A stretch of 64,000 nucleotides of DNA from Candidatus Latescibacterota bacterium (GTDB lineage: Bacteria > Latescibacterota > UBA2968 > UBA8231), in assembly GCA_965208105.1 (NCBI GenBank), contig OZ242318.1:512001-576000 (forward strand), written 5' to 3'. The position numbers and the translations under genes were made by a program. Below are positions 47,382 through 57,864 of the stretch, one piece after another. Under the pieces are notes generated by a model. It saw nothing but the letters and a program-made list of their open reading frames with translations. It did not search any database and was not told the DNA's origin. Positions within the stretch are counted from its first letter, which is position 1, and each line of letters starts with the position of its first letter.

Positions 47382-47410
47382 TTGACAGTACGGGAAGTTG
47401 GATCTAATTT
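47382..47410 (+). promoter_or_regulatory. Sigma70-type promoter for the thrS leader
   Basis: TTGACA-N17-TAATTT. Confidence 0.7.
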
Positions 47411-47447
47411 TTTGAGGATTGTCACTCAACCTGGAGGTATCCTTCCG

Positions 47448-47576
47448 ATGTTCGCTCTCTCTCCGGTCGCGCCGCCCCCGTCCTGGCAGCGCTTGGTTGT
47501 CGCCCCGGCGGAGGCGTCGTCTGCCCCATCCACCTCCCGCCTCGCAACTGCGACGTCATACCCTGGAGACAGCTGA
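47448..47576 (+). CDS. Candidate thrS leader peptide (42 aa)
   Basis: GGAGG RBS; MFALSPVAPPPSWQRLVVAPAEASSAPSTSRLATATSYPGDS*; all three Thr codons are near the 3' end. Confidence 0.4.
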   Translation: MFALSPVAPPPSWQRLVVAPAEASSAPSTSRLATATSYPGDS

Positions 47577-47609
47577 ACTGGACAGACTATCTTTTGCATC
47601 GGTCATTTC

Positions 47610-47649
47610 GAGCCCACTGTCTTGCGGCAGTGGGCTCTTTTTGGTTTTG
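47610..47649 (+). terminator. Intrinsic terminator/attenuator upstream of thrS
   Basis: GAGCCCACTGTC-TTGC-GGCAGTGGGCTC followed by TTTTTGGTTTT. Confidence 0.8.
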
Positions 47650-47668
47650 AACCGCCTGGAGAAACGAA

Positions 47669-49591
47669 ATGATTATCATACTTCCTGAAGGAAAAAGGCT
47701 GGAGCACGAGGGCGGCGGCACGCTGAAGGAAATCCTGCTCGCCGAAGACAGAAAGCTGCTCAAGTCCTTCGTCGGCGCCCTGCGCGGCGGCGAGCGCATC
47801 GATTTTCACGCCCACCTGCCGGCCGATGCCGAGGTGGAACTGATTCCCTGGGACGGCGAGGAGGCGGCATGGATCTTCCGTCACAGCATGGCCCACGTCC
47901 TCGCCCAGGCCGTCCTGCGCCTCTTTCCCGCCGCCAGGCTGGCCATAGGTCCGGCCATCGCCGACGGCTTCTACTACGATTTTGACGTGGACACTCCTTT
48001 CACCCCGGAGGATTTGCGGAGGATCGAAAAGGAGATGAAGCGGGTCGTCAGGGAAAACCACAAGTTCGAGCGCTCTGAAGTAACCCGGGAAGAGGCCCGG
48101 TCCCTGGTCGGCGACGACCCCTACAAAGTCGAGCTCCTCGCCGACATCGAGGAGGGCCAGCCCCTGTCCTTCTACCGCGACGGAGAATTCGTCGACCTCT
48201 GCCGCGGACCGCACATGCTGGGCACCGGCCAGATCAGGAACTTCAAGCTGCTCAGCGTCGCCGGCGCCTACTGGCGCGGAGACGAAAACCGCAAGATGCT
48301 GCAGCGCATATACGGAACAGCCTTCGCCACCCGCGAAGCCCTGGACCGCCATCTGCGCCTCTTGGAAGAAGCGAAGAAGCGCGACCACCGGCGGCTGGGC
48401 CAGGAGCTGGAGCTGTTCATCTTCGACGACGAGATTGGACCTGGCCTTCCCCTGTGGCAGCCGCGGGGGGCGGTGCTGATCGAAGAGCTGGAGCAGCTGG
48501 CCAAGGAGACCGAGCGCAATGCCGGCTACAAGCAGGTGCGCACTCCCCATATCTGCAAGGACGTGGTCTACGAGCGCACCGGCCACCTGCCCTACTACGC
48601 CGAATCCATGTACCCGCCCATGGAAATGGAGGGGGTGAAGTACTACCTGAAGCCGATGAACTGCCCACACCATCACAAGATCTATGCCTCCATGCCGCGC
48701 TCCTACCGCGATCTGCCCCTGCGGCTCTCCGAGTACGGCACCTGTTACCGCTACGAGAAGTCCGGGGAGCTCTTCGGTTTGATGAGGGTGCGCTCCATGC
48801 AGATGAACGACGCCCACATCTACTGCACGCTGGACCAGTTCGAGGAGGAATTTCTAGCCGTATGCCGCATGTACCTGGACTATTTCGAACTCCTGGGGAT
48901 CGACAAATACCTGATGCGCTTCAGCACCCACGACCCGGCAGGCCTCGGCAGGAAGTACGTGGACGAGCCCCGGTTGTGGAGGCGCACCGAGGACATGGTG
49001 CGGCACACTCTCGACAAGGGCGGCATCAACCATGTGGAGGTCGCCGGCGAGGCCGCCTTCTACGGTCCCAAGATCGATGTCGAGGTGTGGAGTGCCATCG
49101 GGCGCGAGTTCTCTCTTTCGACCAACCAGGTGGACTTCGCCGTGCCCAGGCGGGTCGGACTGGTCTATACCAATGACCGCGGCGAGGAGGAAACCCCCTT
49201 GTGCATCCACCGCGCCCTGCTGGGCACACACGAGCGCACCATCGGATTCTTGATCGAGCACTACGGCGGCGCTTTTCCGGTGTGGCTGGCGCCGGTACAG
49301 GCGGTGGTGCTGCCCATCGCCGCCCGCCATCAGGACTACGCCGGCCAGGTGCACCAGCAGTTGCTGGCCGCGAATGTCCGCGCCGAGATCGAGGGAGACA
49401 ATACTCTCAACTACCGCATCCGCCGCGCCCAGATGCTGAAGGTGCCCTACATGATGGTGGTCGGAGACCGCGAAATGGAGAAGGAACAGGTGTCCGTGCG
49501 CCTGCGCTCAGGCCAAAACCTGGAGGCCCGGTCCACCGCCGAGATCATCGCCATGATCGCCGGCAAGATAGCCGCGCGTGAGCAGAATTGA
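47669..49591 (+). CDS. thrS: Threonine--tRNA ligase
   Basis: RHSMAHVLAQA, DLCRGPH, KRDHRRLG, LKPMNCPHH, GEAAFYGPKID, IHRA. Confidence 0.98.
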   Translation: MIIILPEGKRLEHEGGGTLKEILLAEDRKLLKSFVGALRGGERIDFHAHLPADAEVELIPWDGEEAAWIFRHSMAHVLAQAVLRLFPAARLAIGPAIADGFYYDFDVDTPFTPEDLRRIEKEMKRVVRENHKFERSEVTREEARSLVGDDPYKVELLADIEEGQPLSFYRDGEFVDLCRGPHMLGTGQIRNFKLLSVAGAYWRGDENRKMLQRIYGTAFATREALDRHLRLLEEAKKRDHRRLGQELELFIFDDEIGPGLPLWQPRGAVLIEELEQLAKETERNAGYKQVRTPHICKDVVYERTGHLPYYAESMYPPMEMEGVKYYLKPMNCPHHHKIYASMPRSYRDLPLRLSEYGTCYRYEKSGELFGLMRVRSMQMNDAHIYCTLDQFEEEFLAVCRMYLDYFELLGIDKYLMRFSTHDPAGLGRKYVDEPRLWRRTEDMVRHTLDKGGINHVEVAGEAAFYGPKIDVEVWSAIGREFSLSTNQVDFAVPRRVGLVYTNDRGEEETPLCIHRALLGTHERTIGFLIEHYGGAFPVWLAPVQAVVLPIAARHQDYAGQVHQQLLAANVRAEIEGDNTLNYRIRRAQMLKVPYMMVVGDREMEKEQVSVRLRSGQNLEARSTAEIIAMIAGKIAAREQN

Positions 49592-49772
49592 GAGGGCCGC
49601 GCCTTCATCGGGGTACTTCCGCCGGAGCGGCTGAGTCAGCTGGCACTTGCCCTGGGCAGATTAGCTCGAGCTCCATGCCCGCGAATCTACCGGGGACCTC
49701 CCAGGTCTTGTGCGGCTTTCCAGGTATCTCGACGGATCTTAGATTGATGCGAATACCCGCGGTTCCCCAGCC

Positions 49773-50843
49773 ATGAAGAGAGTCCCGTATTTTGCACCGC
49801 CGGACCTGCCTGCGCCGCAGCTGGTGAATCGGATCCTCAGCTTCGCCAGCTGCGCCGCGACCGCATGTGTTCTCGCCCTGGTGCTCATCTCCGGCACCCC
49901 CCTTCCCGGTCTCCCCTCCCCAACCGATGCGCAGGTCCTCACCCGGATCGCCCTCGGCTCGTGCAGCAAGGAAGACCTCGAGCAGCCCCTGTGGGAGGCC
50001 GTCCTCCGCAGCCAGCCGGAGCTGTGGATCTGGCTGGGAGACATCGTCTATGCAGACACCGAGGACATGGAGGTCATGCGCCGCAAATACGAGAGGCTGA
50101 AGCAACGTCCACAGTATCTATTGCTGCTGCGATCCTGTCCGGTGATAGGGGTCTGGGACGATCATGACTACGGCGAGAACAACGCCGGCAAGGACTACCT
50201 AAAAAAGGCGCAAAGCCAGCAGGTCCTGCTCGACTTCCTCGACGAGCCGGAGGACAGTCCCAGGCGGAGCCGGGAGGGAGTTTACGCCTCCTATACCTGG
50301 GGACCCGCGGGCAGGCAGGTAAAAACGATCCTCCTGGACACCCGCTACCACCGCGACCCGCCCGGAGTCGATGGTGACGTCCTGGGACCGGAGCAGTGGT
50401 CCTGGCTTGAGAAGGAACTGCTCAACAGCGATGCCCAGGTACATCTCATCGGATCCAGCATCCAGGTGCTGGCGGAGGAGCACCCCTACGAGAAGTGGGC
50501 GAATTTCCCCCGATCGAGAGAGAGGGTGCTGCAGTTGATCGGGAGCACCCGGGCAAAGGGGGTGATATTCCTCAGCGGAGACCGCCACATCGCCGAGATC
50601 GCCAGGTTGAACCACCCTGCCATTGACTACCCGCTCCACGAGCTTACCTCGAGCGGCATGACCCACAGCTATGCCAGCCTCCGGGACGAGCCCAACCGCC
50701 ATCGCCTGGGGACCTTCTTCAACCAGCTCAACTTCGGCCTCGTCGAAATCGACTGGCTGCCGGAGAAGGTGGCGGTTCACCTGCAGATCCGCGACCGCCA
50801 GGGCGCCGTCGCCCGACAGCAGATCATCGAGTGGGTGCGATGA
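49773..50843 (+). CDS. phoD: Alkaline phosphatase D family protein
   Basis: GSC, WLGDIVYAD, WDDHDY, LDTRY, SGDRH. Confidence 0.88.
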   Translation: MKRVPYFAPPDLPAPQLVNRILSFASCAATACVLALVLISGTPLPGLPSPTDAQVLTRIALGSCSKEDLEQPLWEAVLRSQPELWIWLGDIVYADTEDMEVMRRKYERLKQRPQYLLLLRSCPVIGVWDDHDYGENNAGKDYLKKAQSQQVLLDFLDEPEDSPRRSREGVYASYTWGPAGRQVKTILLDTRYHRDPPGVDGDVLGPEQWSWLEKELLNSDAQVHLIGSSIQVLAEEHPYEKWANFPRSRERVLQLIGSTRAKGVIFLSGDRHIAEIARLNHPAIDYPLHELTSSGMTHSYASLRDEPNRHRLGTFFNQLNFGLVEIDWLPEKVAVHLQIRDRQGAVARQQIIEWVR

Positions 50844-51550
50844 TGGCGGTGTTTCAGCGAATCCGCTCCGTTCTCGGCCTCTGTTGGCATTTCCGCTATT
50901 ACTTCGCGGCAGCCTTCCTGGCGCTGGCCTTCTGGGACACCCTGCTGATCAAGCCCTTCCGGCTCTTCGTGGTCCTCGTGCACGAGGTATGTCACGCCGC
51001 TGCCGCCCTCGCCACCGGAGGAGCGGTGATCGAGATGCGCACCAATCTGGACGAAAGCGGCCACACCCTTACCGAGGGCGGCTTCTTTCCCCTGATCAGC
51101 AGCGCCGGCTACGTGGGCTCCGCGCTGGCAGGGGCGTTGCTGATCTATACCGGGATCAGGCCCGGTTTGCAGCGCCTGGCCCTCGTCCTGGTGGGAGCGG
51201 CGTGCGCCGGCATGACCCTGGTTTACACACCTCGCGGAGGGGTGGATTTCTACCTGGGCATCTTCGGGGGCCTGGCCCTGGTGTTCCTTGCCCTGAAATC
51301 GCGGCGCGGAGCCCGGGCCGGTGCCGTGTGGATGGGGATCATGCTGTGCCTCTACAGCCTCCATGATTTTCGCACCGATCTGTGGCTTCACCCCGAAATG
51401 ACGGACGCCGGAATCCTGGCGCGCTATTGGGGCTGGTTCTGGGCCTGGCCCCTGGGACCCTACCTGGTCGCCGCGGTCTGGGTGGGGTTCTCCCTTTTCT
51501 GCATGTACCGCGCCATGCGCGCACTGGTCCGCCGGCAGGGCTCCCGCTGA
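50840..51550 (+). CDS. Peptidase M50B-like membrane protein
   Basis: VHEVCHA, ISSAGY, TDAGILA. Confidence 0.85.
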   Translation: MMAVFQRIRSVLGLCWHFRYYFAAAFLALAFWDTLLIKPFRLFVVLVHEVCHAAAALATGGAVIEMRTNLDESGHTLTEGGFFPLISSAGYVGSALAGALLIYTGIRPGLQRLALVLVGAACAGMTLVYTPRGGVDFYLGIFGGLALVFLALKSRRGARAGAVWMGIMLCLYSLHDFRTDLWLHPEMTDAGILARYWGWFWAWPLGPYLVAAVWVGFSLFCMYRAMRALVRRQGSR

Positions 51551-51644
51551 GACCGGCACGAGGCTCTTCCTTGACAGAGCAAGGCCGGGAAAGGAGCTTC
51601 CCCTGCTCCCGTGCACGACGGATAGAAAGCCTTGAGCCTGCACC

Positions 51645-53940
51645 TTGAATCTTCCCTCGTCCATCATTAAAACCTCGGCTGTGTTGGCGCTGCTGACCCC
51701 TGTCCTGGCGCGGGCCACTCCCGAGGTCGAGGCCCGGCGCACCCTCGCGCCTCCCGGCATCGACGGCCGCCTCGACGATGCCGTCTGGCTTCAGGCCCCG
51801 CCCATGTCCTCCTTTTTTCAGCGCGAGCCGCTGGAAGGGGCCCCTCCCAGCGAGCGGACCCAGGTCCGCATCCTCTTCGACGACGACCATCTATACCTCG
51901 GCCTGCGCTGCTTCGACAGCCAGCCCCTCCGCCTGGTGGCCAACCACATGCGGCGCGACGCCGACCTTGAGGAGAACGACAACATCCAGATAATCCTCGA
52001 TCCCTTCAACGACCGCCGCGGCGGATTTTTCTTCAGCATCAATCCCCTGGGAGCGCGCCAGGACCTGCTGCTCACCGACGAGGGCCGAACCCGCAACCTG
52101 GCCTGGGACGGGGTCTGGCAGGGCAGCACCTCCATCGACAGCCTGGGCTGGAGCGCCGAAGTGGCCATCCCTTTCGACCAGCTGCGCTACCCTGACACGG
52201 AAGAGGGGGTTTGGGGCATCAACATCGGCCGCGCCATCCGCCGCAAAAACGAGGAGGTCTTCATCGCCCCTCCACCCCAGTCCTTCGGTTTCAGGGGACG
52301 CTACCGGACCTCGCGCCTCGCCGCCCTGAAGGGACTGGGCAAGCTTCGGAGCCGCCCGCCCCTGGTTCTGGTCCCCTACCTGCTGAGCGCCACGCGGAGG
52401 GACATCAGCGCCGGCAACTCCGCCGAGAACAACCTGGACCCGGGGCTGGACATCAAGTACGGTCTCTCCCCCTCCCTGACTCTGGACCTGTCCTACAAGA
52501 CCGACTTCGCCCAGGTGGAAGCCGACCAGGAGCAGGTCAACCTTACCCGGTTCAGCCTCTTCTTTCCCGAAAAGAGGGATTTCTTCCTCGAAGGATCGGG
52601 AATTTTCGAATTCGGCGAGCGGGTCGAGAGGCAGGGCCGCGGAGGCCGGCCGCCAACCATTCTTTTTTACAGCCGCCGCATCGGCATCGAGGAGGGACAT
52701 ATTCTGCCGGTGGTGGCAGGAGGCAAGTTTACCGGCCGTGCGGGACCCTACCAGGTGGGCACCCTGCGCATGACCACCCGGGCCATGACCTTCGTGGAGG
52801 AAGCCGAGGAGGACCGCTTCGTCACCGCGGAAGGCGAACTGCTCGACGCCGCGCAGGTGGAGTCGAGCGAGGACAGCATCGTCGATACCTTGCAGTTTGA
52901 TGTCCCCGACACCCTGCAGGTCGCCCGGACCGACTTCACCGTTCTGCGCCTCAAGCGCGACTTCCTGGGCAGCTCGAACCTCGGCTTCATCGCCGTCGAC
53001 AAGCAGCCCGGGTCCGCGGCCGCCTACAACCGCACCGCCGGCGTGGACTTCAACCTGTCCCTGATGCAGGCCTCCTTCAACCTGCGCGGCTATGCCGCCA
53101 GGACATGGGATCCCGATTTGGATGGCCGCGACGGATCCGGGTTGGTGGAGCTGGACTACCGCCGAGGCCGGTTCGAGACCCGCCTGGGCTACCTGGACGT
53201 AGAAGAAAACTTCTCGCCCGAGGTCGGATTCGTTCCTCGCAGCGGCATACGCCGCTTCAAGGGAAGCTGGCGCTACCGGCCGCGGCCGGCCACCGAGTGG
53301 ATCCGCCTGGTCTCCATGGGACCCCGCATCACCCACCTGAACCGACCAGGACAACTCCCTGCAGAGCCGCGACATGGAACTCTCCGCCTTCGTCAACCTG
53401 GAATCAGGCGACTGGTTCGGAGGCCGGGTGAAGCGGCGCTACGAGCACCTCGACGAGCCCTTCTCCATCCACGACGGCCACGACATTCCCCCGGGCTCCT
53501 ACGAATTCGACACCTACCAGATCAACCTCATCGCCGATCGGAGCCGACGTCTCGCAGGCCGGACTGTCTGTGCCTACGGCGGCTTCTTCAACGGCACGCG
53601 CCTTCGCCTGTCCCTCGAGTCGGTCTGGCGCCCTCTCGCCCGCCTGGGCCTGGAGAGCAGATACGAATTCAACCACATCAGCCTGCCCGACGGCGCCTTC
53701 GACACCCACCTGCTGGGACAGCGGTTCCATTTCTCCTTCTCGCCCGAGATGTTTCTGCGCGGGTTCCTGCAGTGGAACAGCGCCCTGGAGCTGCGGGGGG
53801 GAAACTTCCTCTTCAACTACCGATACCGGCCCGGCAGCGACCTGTTCCTGGTATACAACGAGGTCTGGCACACGGAGGGTGGGCTGCACCAGGCAATCCG
53901 CTCGCTGCAACTGAAGCTATCCTACTATTGGCAGCGCTGA
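51645..53940 (+). pseudogene. CBM9-like + DUF5916 outer-membrane protein, frameshifted at ~53340
   Basis: IDGRLDD..W, TDFAQVEAD, FPEKRDFFLEG; an extra A in ctgAaccgac shifts the frame; continuation 53374-53940 ends LKLSYYWQR. Confidence 0.85.
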
Positions 53941-54010
53941 GGCCGGCAATTGAATCCGGGGTTTCGTATATTTCGACAAATGACGACGGGACCGGAGAAA
54001 GGCAGCAGGT

Positions 54011-55351
54011 ATGATCGACTGGGATGAAGTAAAGGACGAGGTCACCGGCTATCTCCAGGACCTCTTGCGCATCGACACCACCAATCCCCCTGGGAACGAA
54101 ACGGCGGCCGCAGAGTACATCGACGGGGTCCTGAGGCGCGAGGGATTTCAGCCCATGATCACCGAATCGGCCCCGGGCCGGGGCAACGTCACTGCCCGCC
54201 TGGATACCGGTGGCGGGGAACCGCCCCTGCTTTTGCTCGGCCACACCGACGTGGTCGCCGCCGAGCCCGACAAGTGGTCCCGCGATCCCTTCGGTGGCGA
54301 TCTTCACGACGGGTGTATCTGGGGGCGAGGCGCCCTCGACATGAAGAACATGGTGGCCGTCGAGCTGATGGTGATGCTGCTGTTGAAGCGGCAAGCGGTT
54401 GCCCTGAGGCGCCCCCTGCTGTTCGCCGCCACCGCCGACGAAGAGGGCGGCAGAGGCGACCACGGACCCGGATGGCTTCTCGACCATCATCCCGGACAGA
54501 TCGATGCCCCGGTGGTGCTTACCGAAGGCGGAGGGCATGACCTCCAGGTCGGCGGCCGGCGCTACTACACCTGCTGCGTCGGCCAGAAGGGAATCTGCCG
54601 CCTGCGCGTCACCGCCCGGGGGCAGCCAGGACACGGTTCCCGTCCTCACTCTGACAACGCCGTGGTCAAGCTGTGCGCCGCCCTGGGCAGACTCGACGGC
54701 GGCGGCCTTCCTCTGCACCCGTCCAGAACCCTGAGGGCCTATCTCGACGCCATCGCCGCGGGCCAGCCCCGGGAGATTGCCGCCGAACTCAAAGCCGTCC
54801 TCGACCCCGCCAGGTCCGAAAGCGCCCTGGCCGCCCTGCCCCTCGCCGAGGACTTCAAGTCCGAGCTGCGCGCCCTGCTGCGCAACACCGCCTCGGCGAA
54901 CATGCTCAGCGCAGGCACCAAGATCAACGTCATTCCGTCCGAAGCGAAAGCGGCCATCGACGGGAGGCTCGCCCCCGGACAGACCCGGGAGTCGTTCATC
55001 GCCGAACTGGCGGCGCAGCTCGGCGACGAGCTGGAGATCGAGGTGGAGCAGTACAGCCCGCCGCTGGAGGCGGACCCGGAGGGGGAATTCTACGGCGTCA
55101 TCCAGAAGGTGATGGCGCGCCACGATCCCGGGGTTTCGGTGGTGCCTTCGCTGATGACGGGTGGGACCGACGCCAAGCACATCTGGCCGCGGCGGCCCGG
55201 GACGCAAATTTACGGGTTCATGCCCTACCGCCAACTGCCGGGCCTGGAGGAGATGAAGCTGATCCACGGGCACGACGAGCGCAGCTCGGTGGACAACCTG
55301 CTCTTTGCCACCCGGGTGATTTACGACATCGTCCTCGCCTACGCCGCCTGA
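54011..55351 (+). CDS. M20/M25/M40 metallopeptidase
   Basis: IDTTNPPGNE, GHTDVV, GRGALDMK, ADEEGG, GGTDAK, HGHDER. Confidence 0.93.
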   Translation: MIDWDEVKDEVTGYLQDLLRIDTTNPPGNETAAAEYIDGVLRREGFQPMITESAPGRGNVTARLDTGGGEPPLLLLGHTDVVAAEPDKWSRDPFGGDLHDGCIWGRGALDMKNMVAVELMVMLLLKRQAVALRRPLLFAATADEEGGRGDHGPGWLLDHHPGQIDAPVVLTEGGGHDLQVGGRRYYTCCVGQKGICRLRVTARGQPGHGSRPHSDNAVVKLCAALGRLDGGGLPLHPSRTLRAYLDAIAAGQPREIAAELKAVLDPARSESALAALPLAEDFKSELRALLRNTASANMLSAGTKINVIPSEAKAAIDGRLAPGQTRESFIAELAAQLGDELEIEVEQYSPPLEADPEGEFYGVIQKVMARHDPGVSVVPSLMTGGTDAKHIWPRRPGTQIYGFMPYRQLPGLEEMKLIHGHDERSSVDNLLFATRVIYDIVLAYAA

Positions 55352-55476
55352 GGGCGGCATCAGGTACAAACTGGATTCGCCATTGCCTCCACCAGGGAGG
55401 ATATCTCCTTGAACCCGTCCAACCCTTGACAAGCGGTTTAGAAATGCCCCTTGTTCTTCATCAACCTGGAGGGGAT

Positions 55477-55845
55477 ATGGCCATGGAGCAAGTAAAGCAA
55501 CAATTGCAGAAGTGCATCGACAAGTTCCGCAGCGGAGAACTGGCCGAAGAAGACCTGCGCCAGGCACTGGAAAGCGTCGAAGTCCGGACCGGGACCGCAA
55601 CGCCCCAGTTGCTCTATCTCCAGGCTGCCACAACCGCGGTCACCTCCCCTCTTCTGGGCATGTCCCGGTTCGACGCCGACGGCCAGCACGACAGCGTCGA
55701 CGAGAGTGGAGAGTGGGTCTACGAGAACGTCTACGAAGCCATGCAGGACGGATGGCGCATCGTCAAGTTTCCGGAGATGACCCTCATGATGGCGGGAGAG
55801 GAAGAGGCCTACGGGCTCGGCTGTGAATTCATCCTGGAAAAATGA
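55477..55845 (+). CDS. Hypothetical protein
   Basis: RBS GGAGG; AMQDGWRIVKFP...GLGCEFILEK; translationally coupled to the next PhyH gene. Confidence 0.65.
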   Translation: MAMEQVKQQLQKCIDKFRSGELAEEDLRQALESVEVRTGTATPQLLYLQAATTAVTSPLLGMSRFDADGQHDSVDESGEWVYENVYEAMQDGWRIVKFPEMTLMMAGEEEAYGLGCEFILEK

Positions 55846-56705
55846 ACCCTCGGAAAGGAGCGGTCATGCTGGGAGAAAAATACGACTGCGAAGCGACCCT
55901 GACTGACGAGGGGGTGATTGAGTTCTGCAAAAACGGCTTCATGATGCTCGAAGCCGTGGTGCCGAGCGAGGTCAACCTCCGCGTCACCGAATTCCTCGAC
56001 AGCCATCCCCAGATGCAGCCCAACGAAATCCTCCAGGAGATGTGGTTCGTCGACGCCGTCATCAAGAACCCGCAGGCGGCCGGAGCGGTGCGCTCGCTTC
56101 TTGGCAAAGACTTCAGGCTGCCCAGGATGATGAGCAACCACCGGGTCCAGTGCCCTCGCACCTTGACGGGAGACTGGCACCGCGACGGCGGCGCGGTCGA
56201 CTCCAACCGGCTCGACAGCCTGCAGGTGTTCTACTATCCGCAGGATACCCCCGCCGAGCTGGGTCCCACCGAGGTCCTTCCCAGCTCCCACCTGCTGCGG
56301 GTCAAGCGCCGCTACATGACCCAGTACGGCAGCATCCGCCAGGCGCTGCGCACGGTGGCCCCCGCGGGCTCCATCTTCATCACCCACTACTCCATCTGGC
56401 ACCGCGCCATCACCTCCACCGCCAGCGGAATCCGCAACATGCTCAAGTACAACTACCGGCGAACGGCCCCGCCCCGGCGCGACTGGGCCGCCGATCCCAG
56501 CTGCGACTTGACCGAGATGCAGTTCGGCACCGGCCGCAACATGCCCGAGAAATGGCACGACTCGGTCCGCGTCGTGCGGCTCTTCCTCTGGCTCTGCGGC
56601 GGGAAGGAGTTCGACTTCCGAGGTGGGCAGTCCTGGCCCATCACCGCCGGGTCCGGAAACCACATTGACGAGGGCATGCCGCAGGAGCTGAGGCTCAGGG
56701 GCTGA
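55842..56705 (+). CDS. PhyH-family dioxygenase
   Basis: WHRD, GPTEVLPSSH, IWHRA. Confidence 0.85.
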   Translation: MNPRKGAVMLGEKYDCEATLTDEGVIEFCKNGFMMLEAVVPSEVNLRVTEFLDSHPQMQPNEILQEMWFVDAVIKNPQAAGAVRSLLGKDFRLPRMMSNHRVQCPRTLTGDWHRDGGAVDSNRLDSLQVFYYPQDTPAELGPTEVLPSSHLLRVKRRYMTQYGSIRQALRTVAPAGSIFITHYSIWHRAITSTASGIRNMLKYNYRRTAPPRRDWAADPSCDLTEMQFGTGRNMPEKWHDSVRVVRLFLWLCGGKEFDFRGGQSWPITAGSGNHIDEGMPQELRLRG

Positions 56706-56750
56706 TCAAGCACTGCGGAAAGGCGATAGAATCCTCCGGAAACCGCACGC

Positions 56751-57563
56751 ATGGAACTCAGTACGGTCCAGATCGCCGAATTCGAAGAACGCGGGGTCCT
56801 GCTGTTTCCCGGCTTGCTGGACGCCGAAGAGGCAGGTTTGCTGCAGCAGGCGGTTCCGGAGTTGCTGCAGCGCCCCGGTCCCGAAGCGGTGCGGGAAAAG
56901 AAAGACGCCGCCAACGCCAGACTCGTCTTCGGCGTGCACAAGTTCTCGGAGCCGTTCCGCAGGCTGGTGCACCTGCCCCGGATTCTGAATCCGGTGCGGC
57001 AGCTTCTGGCCGAAGAGGTCTACCTGCATCAGAGCCGCCTGAATCCCAAGCCAGGTTTCGGAGGCGGCGGAGGCTGGGACTGGCACCAGGACTATCCCCC
57101 GTGGAACACCATCGACGGCATCCCCGAACCGCGAATGATCATGGCATCGGTGTTCGTCGACGACTGTACGCCGGTCACCTCTCCGCTGCTGGTGATCCCC
57201 GGGTCTCAGCACCACGGTCTTCTCGAAGCCGAGCTCCACGAGGACGCCAGGGGCCGGGGCTATGACCTGCACACCATTGACAGGGAAGTGCTGGAGAAGA
57301 TTGCCGCCGAACACGGGATCGAGGCCCTCATTGGTCCCGCCGGTTCGGTGGCATTCGTCCACGTCAACGTGTTGCACGGATCCGCCAACAACGTCTCTCC
57401 CTGGCGGCGGGCGATTACCTACCTGATCTACAACGCGGTCTCCAATCCCTGCGGCAAAACCAGGCGCGCGTGGTTCCAGTGCAGCCAGGACTTCTCTCCC
57501 CTGGCGCCGGGCGCTGACGGCAGCCTGAAAACATTGGCCGATCACCCTCGAGACCGAAATTAA
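56751..57563 (+). CDS. PhyH-family dioxygenase (ectoine hydroxylase-like)
   Basis: YLHQSRLNPKPGF, WHQDY, LHGSANNVSPWRR. Confidence 0.88.
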   Translation: MELSTVQIAEFEERGVLLFPGLLDAEEAGLLQQAVPELLQRPGPEAVREKKDAANARLVFGVHKFSEPFRRLVHLPRILNPVRQLLAEEVYLHQSRLNPKPGFGGGGGWDWHQDYPPWNTIDGIPEPRMIMASVFVDDCTPVTSPLLVIPGSQHHGLLEAELHEDARGRGYDLHTIDREVLEKIAAEHGIEALIGPAGSVAFVHVNVLHGSANNVSPWRRAITYLIYNAVSNPCGKTRRAWFQCSQDFSPLAPGADGSLKTLADHPRDRN

Positions 57564-57585
57564 CCCGGAAACCTTCCCCTGAGTC

Positions 57586-57705
57586 CTGTGCCGGAAGGAG
57601 GCGGAGGGTGCCTACCTGGACCTAGGCCAGTCCTGGCCCATCACCCACCTGCAGACCAACTACATTGCCGGTGGCATAGGCGCGGGGTCGGAGCACCAGG
57701 GTTGA
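57586..57705 (+). pseudogene. Remnant C-terminus of a PhyH paralog
   Basis: LCRKEAEGAYLDLGQSWPITHLQTNYIAGG resembles LCGGKEFDFRGGQSWPITAGSGNHIDEG of 55842-56705; 18 nt identical (56628-56645 vs 57628-57645). Confidence 0.55.
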
Positions 57706-57864
57706 GATGCCTGCGCCCGCTCCTACCGGGCTGCGGCCGGCCCTGGCGTTCGAATACGGCGTTGCGCTCCCTCCCCGAATCCCCTCGATTCGCCTCGGCC
57801 GCACGTCTTGCCTCCGGCCGCCATGCCTCGGCCTCGCCTGCAGAGCAACTATATCAACGGGCTT

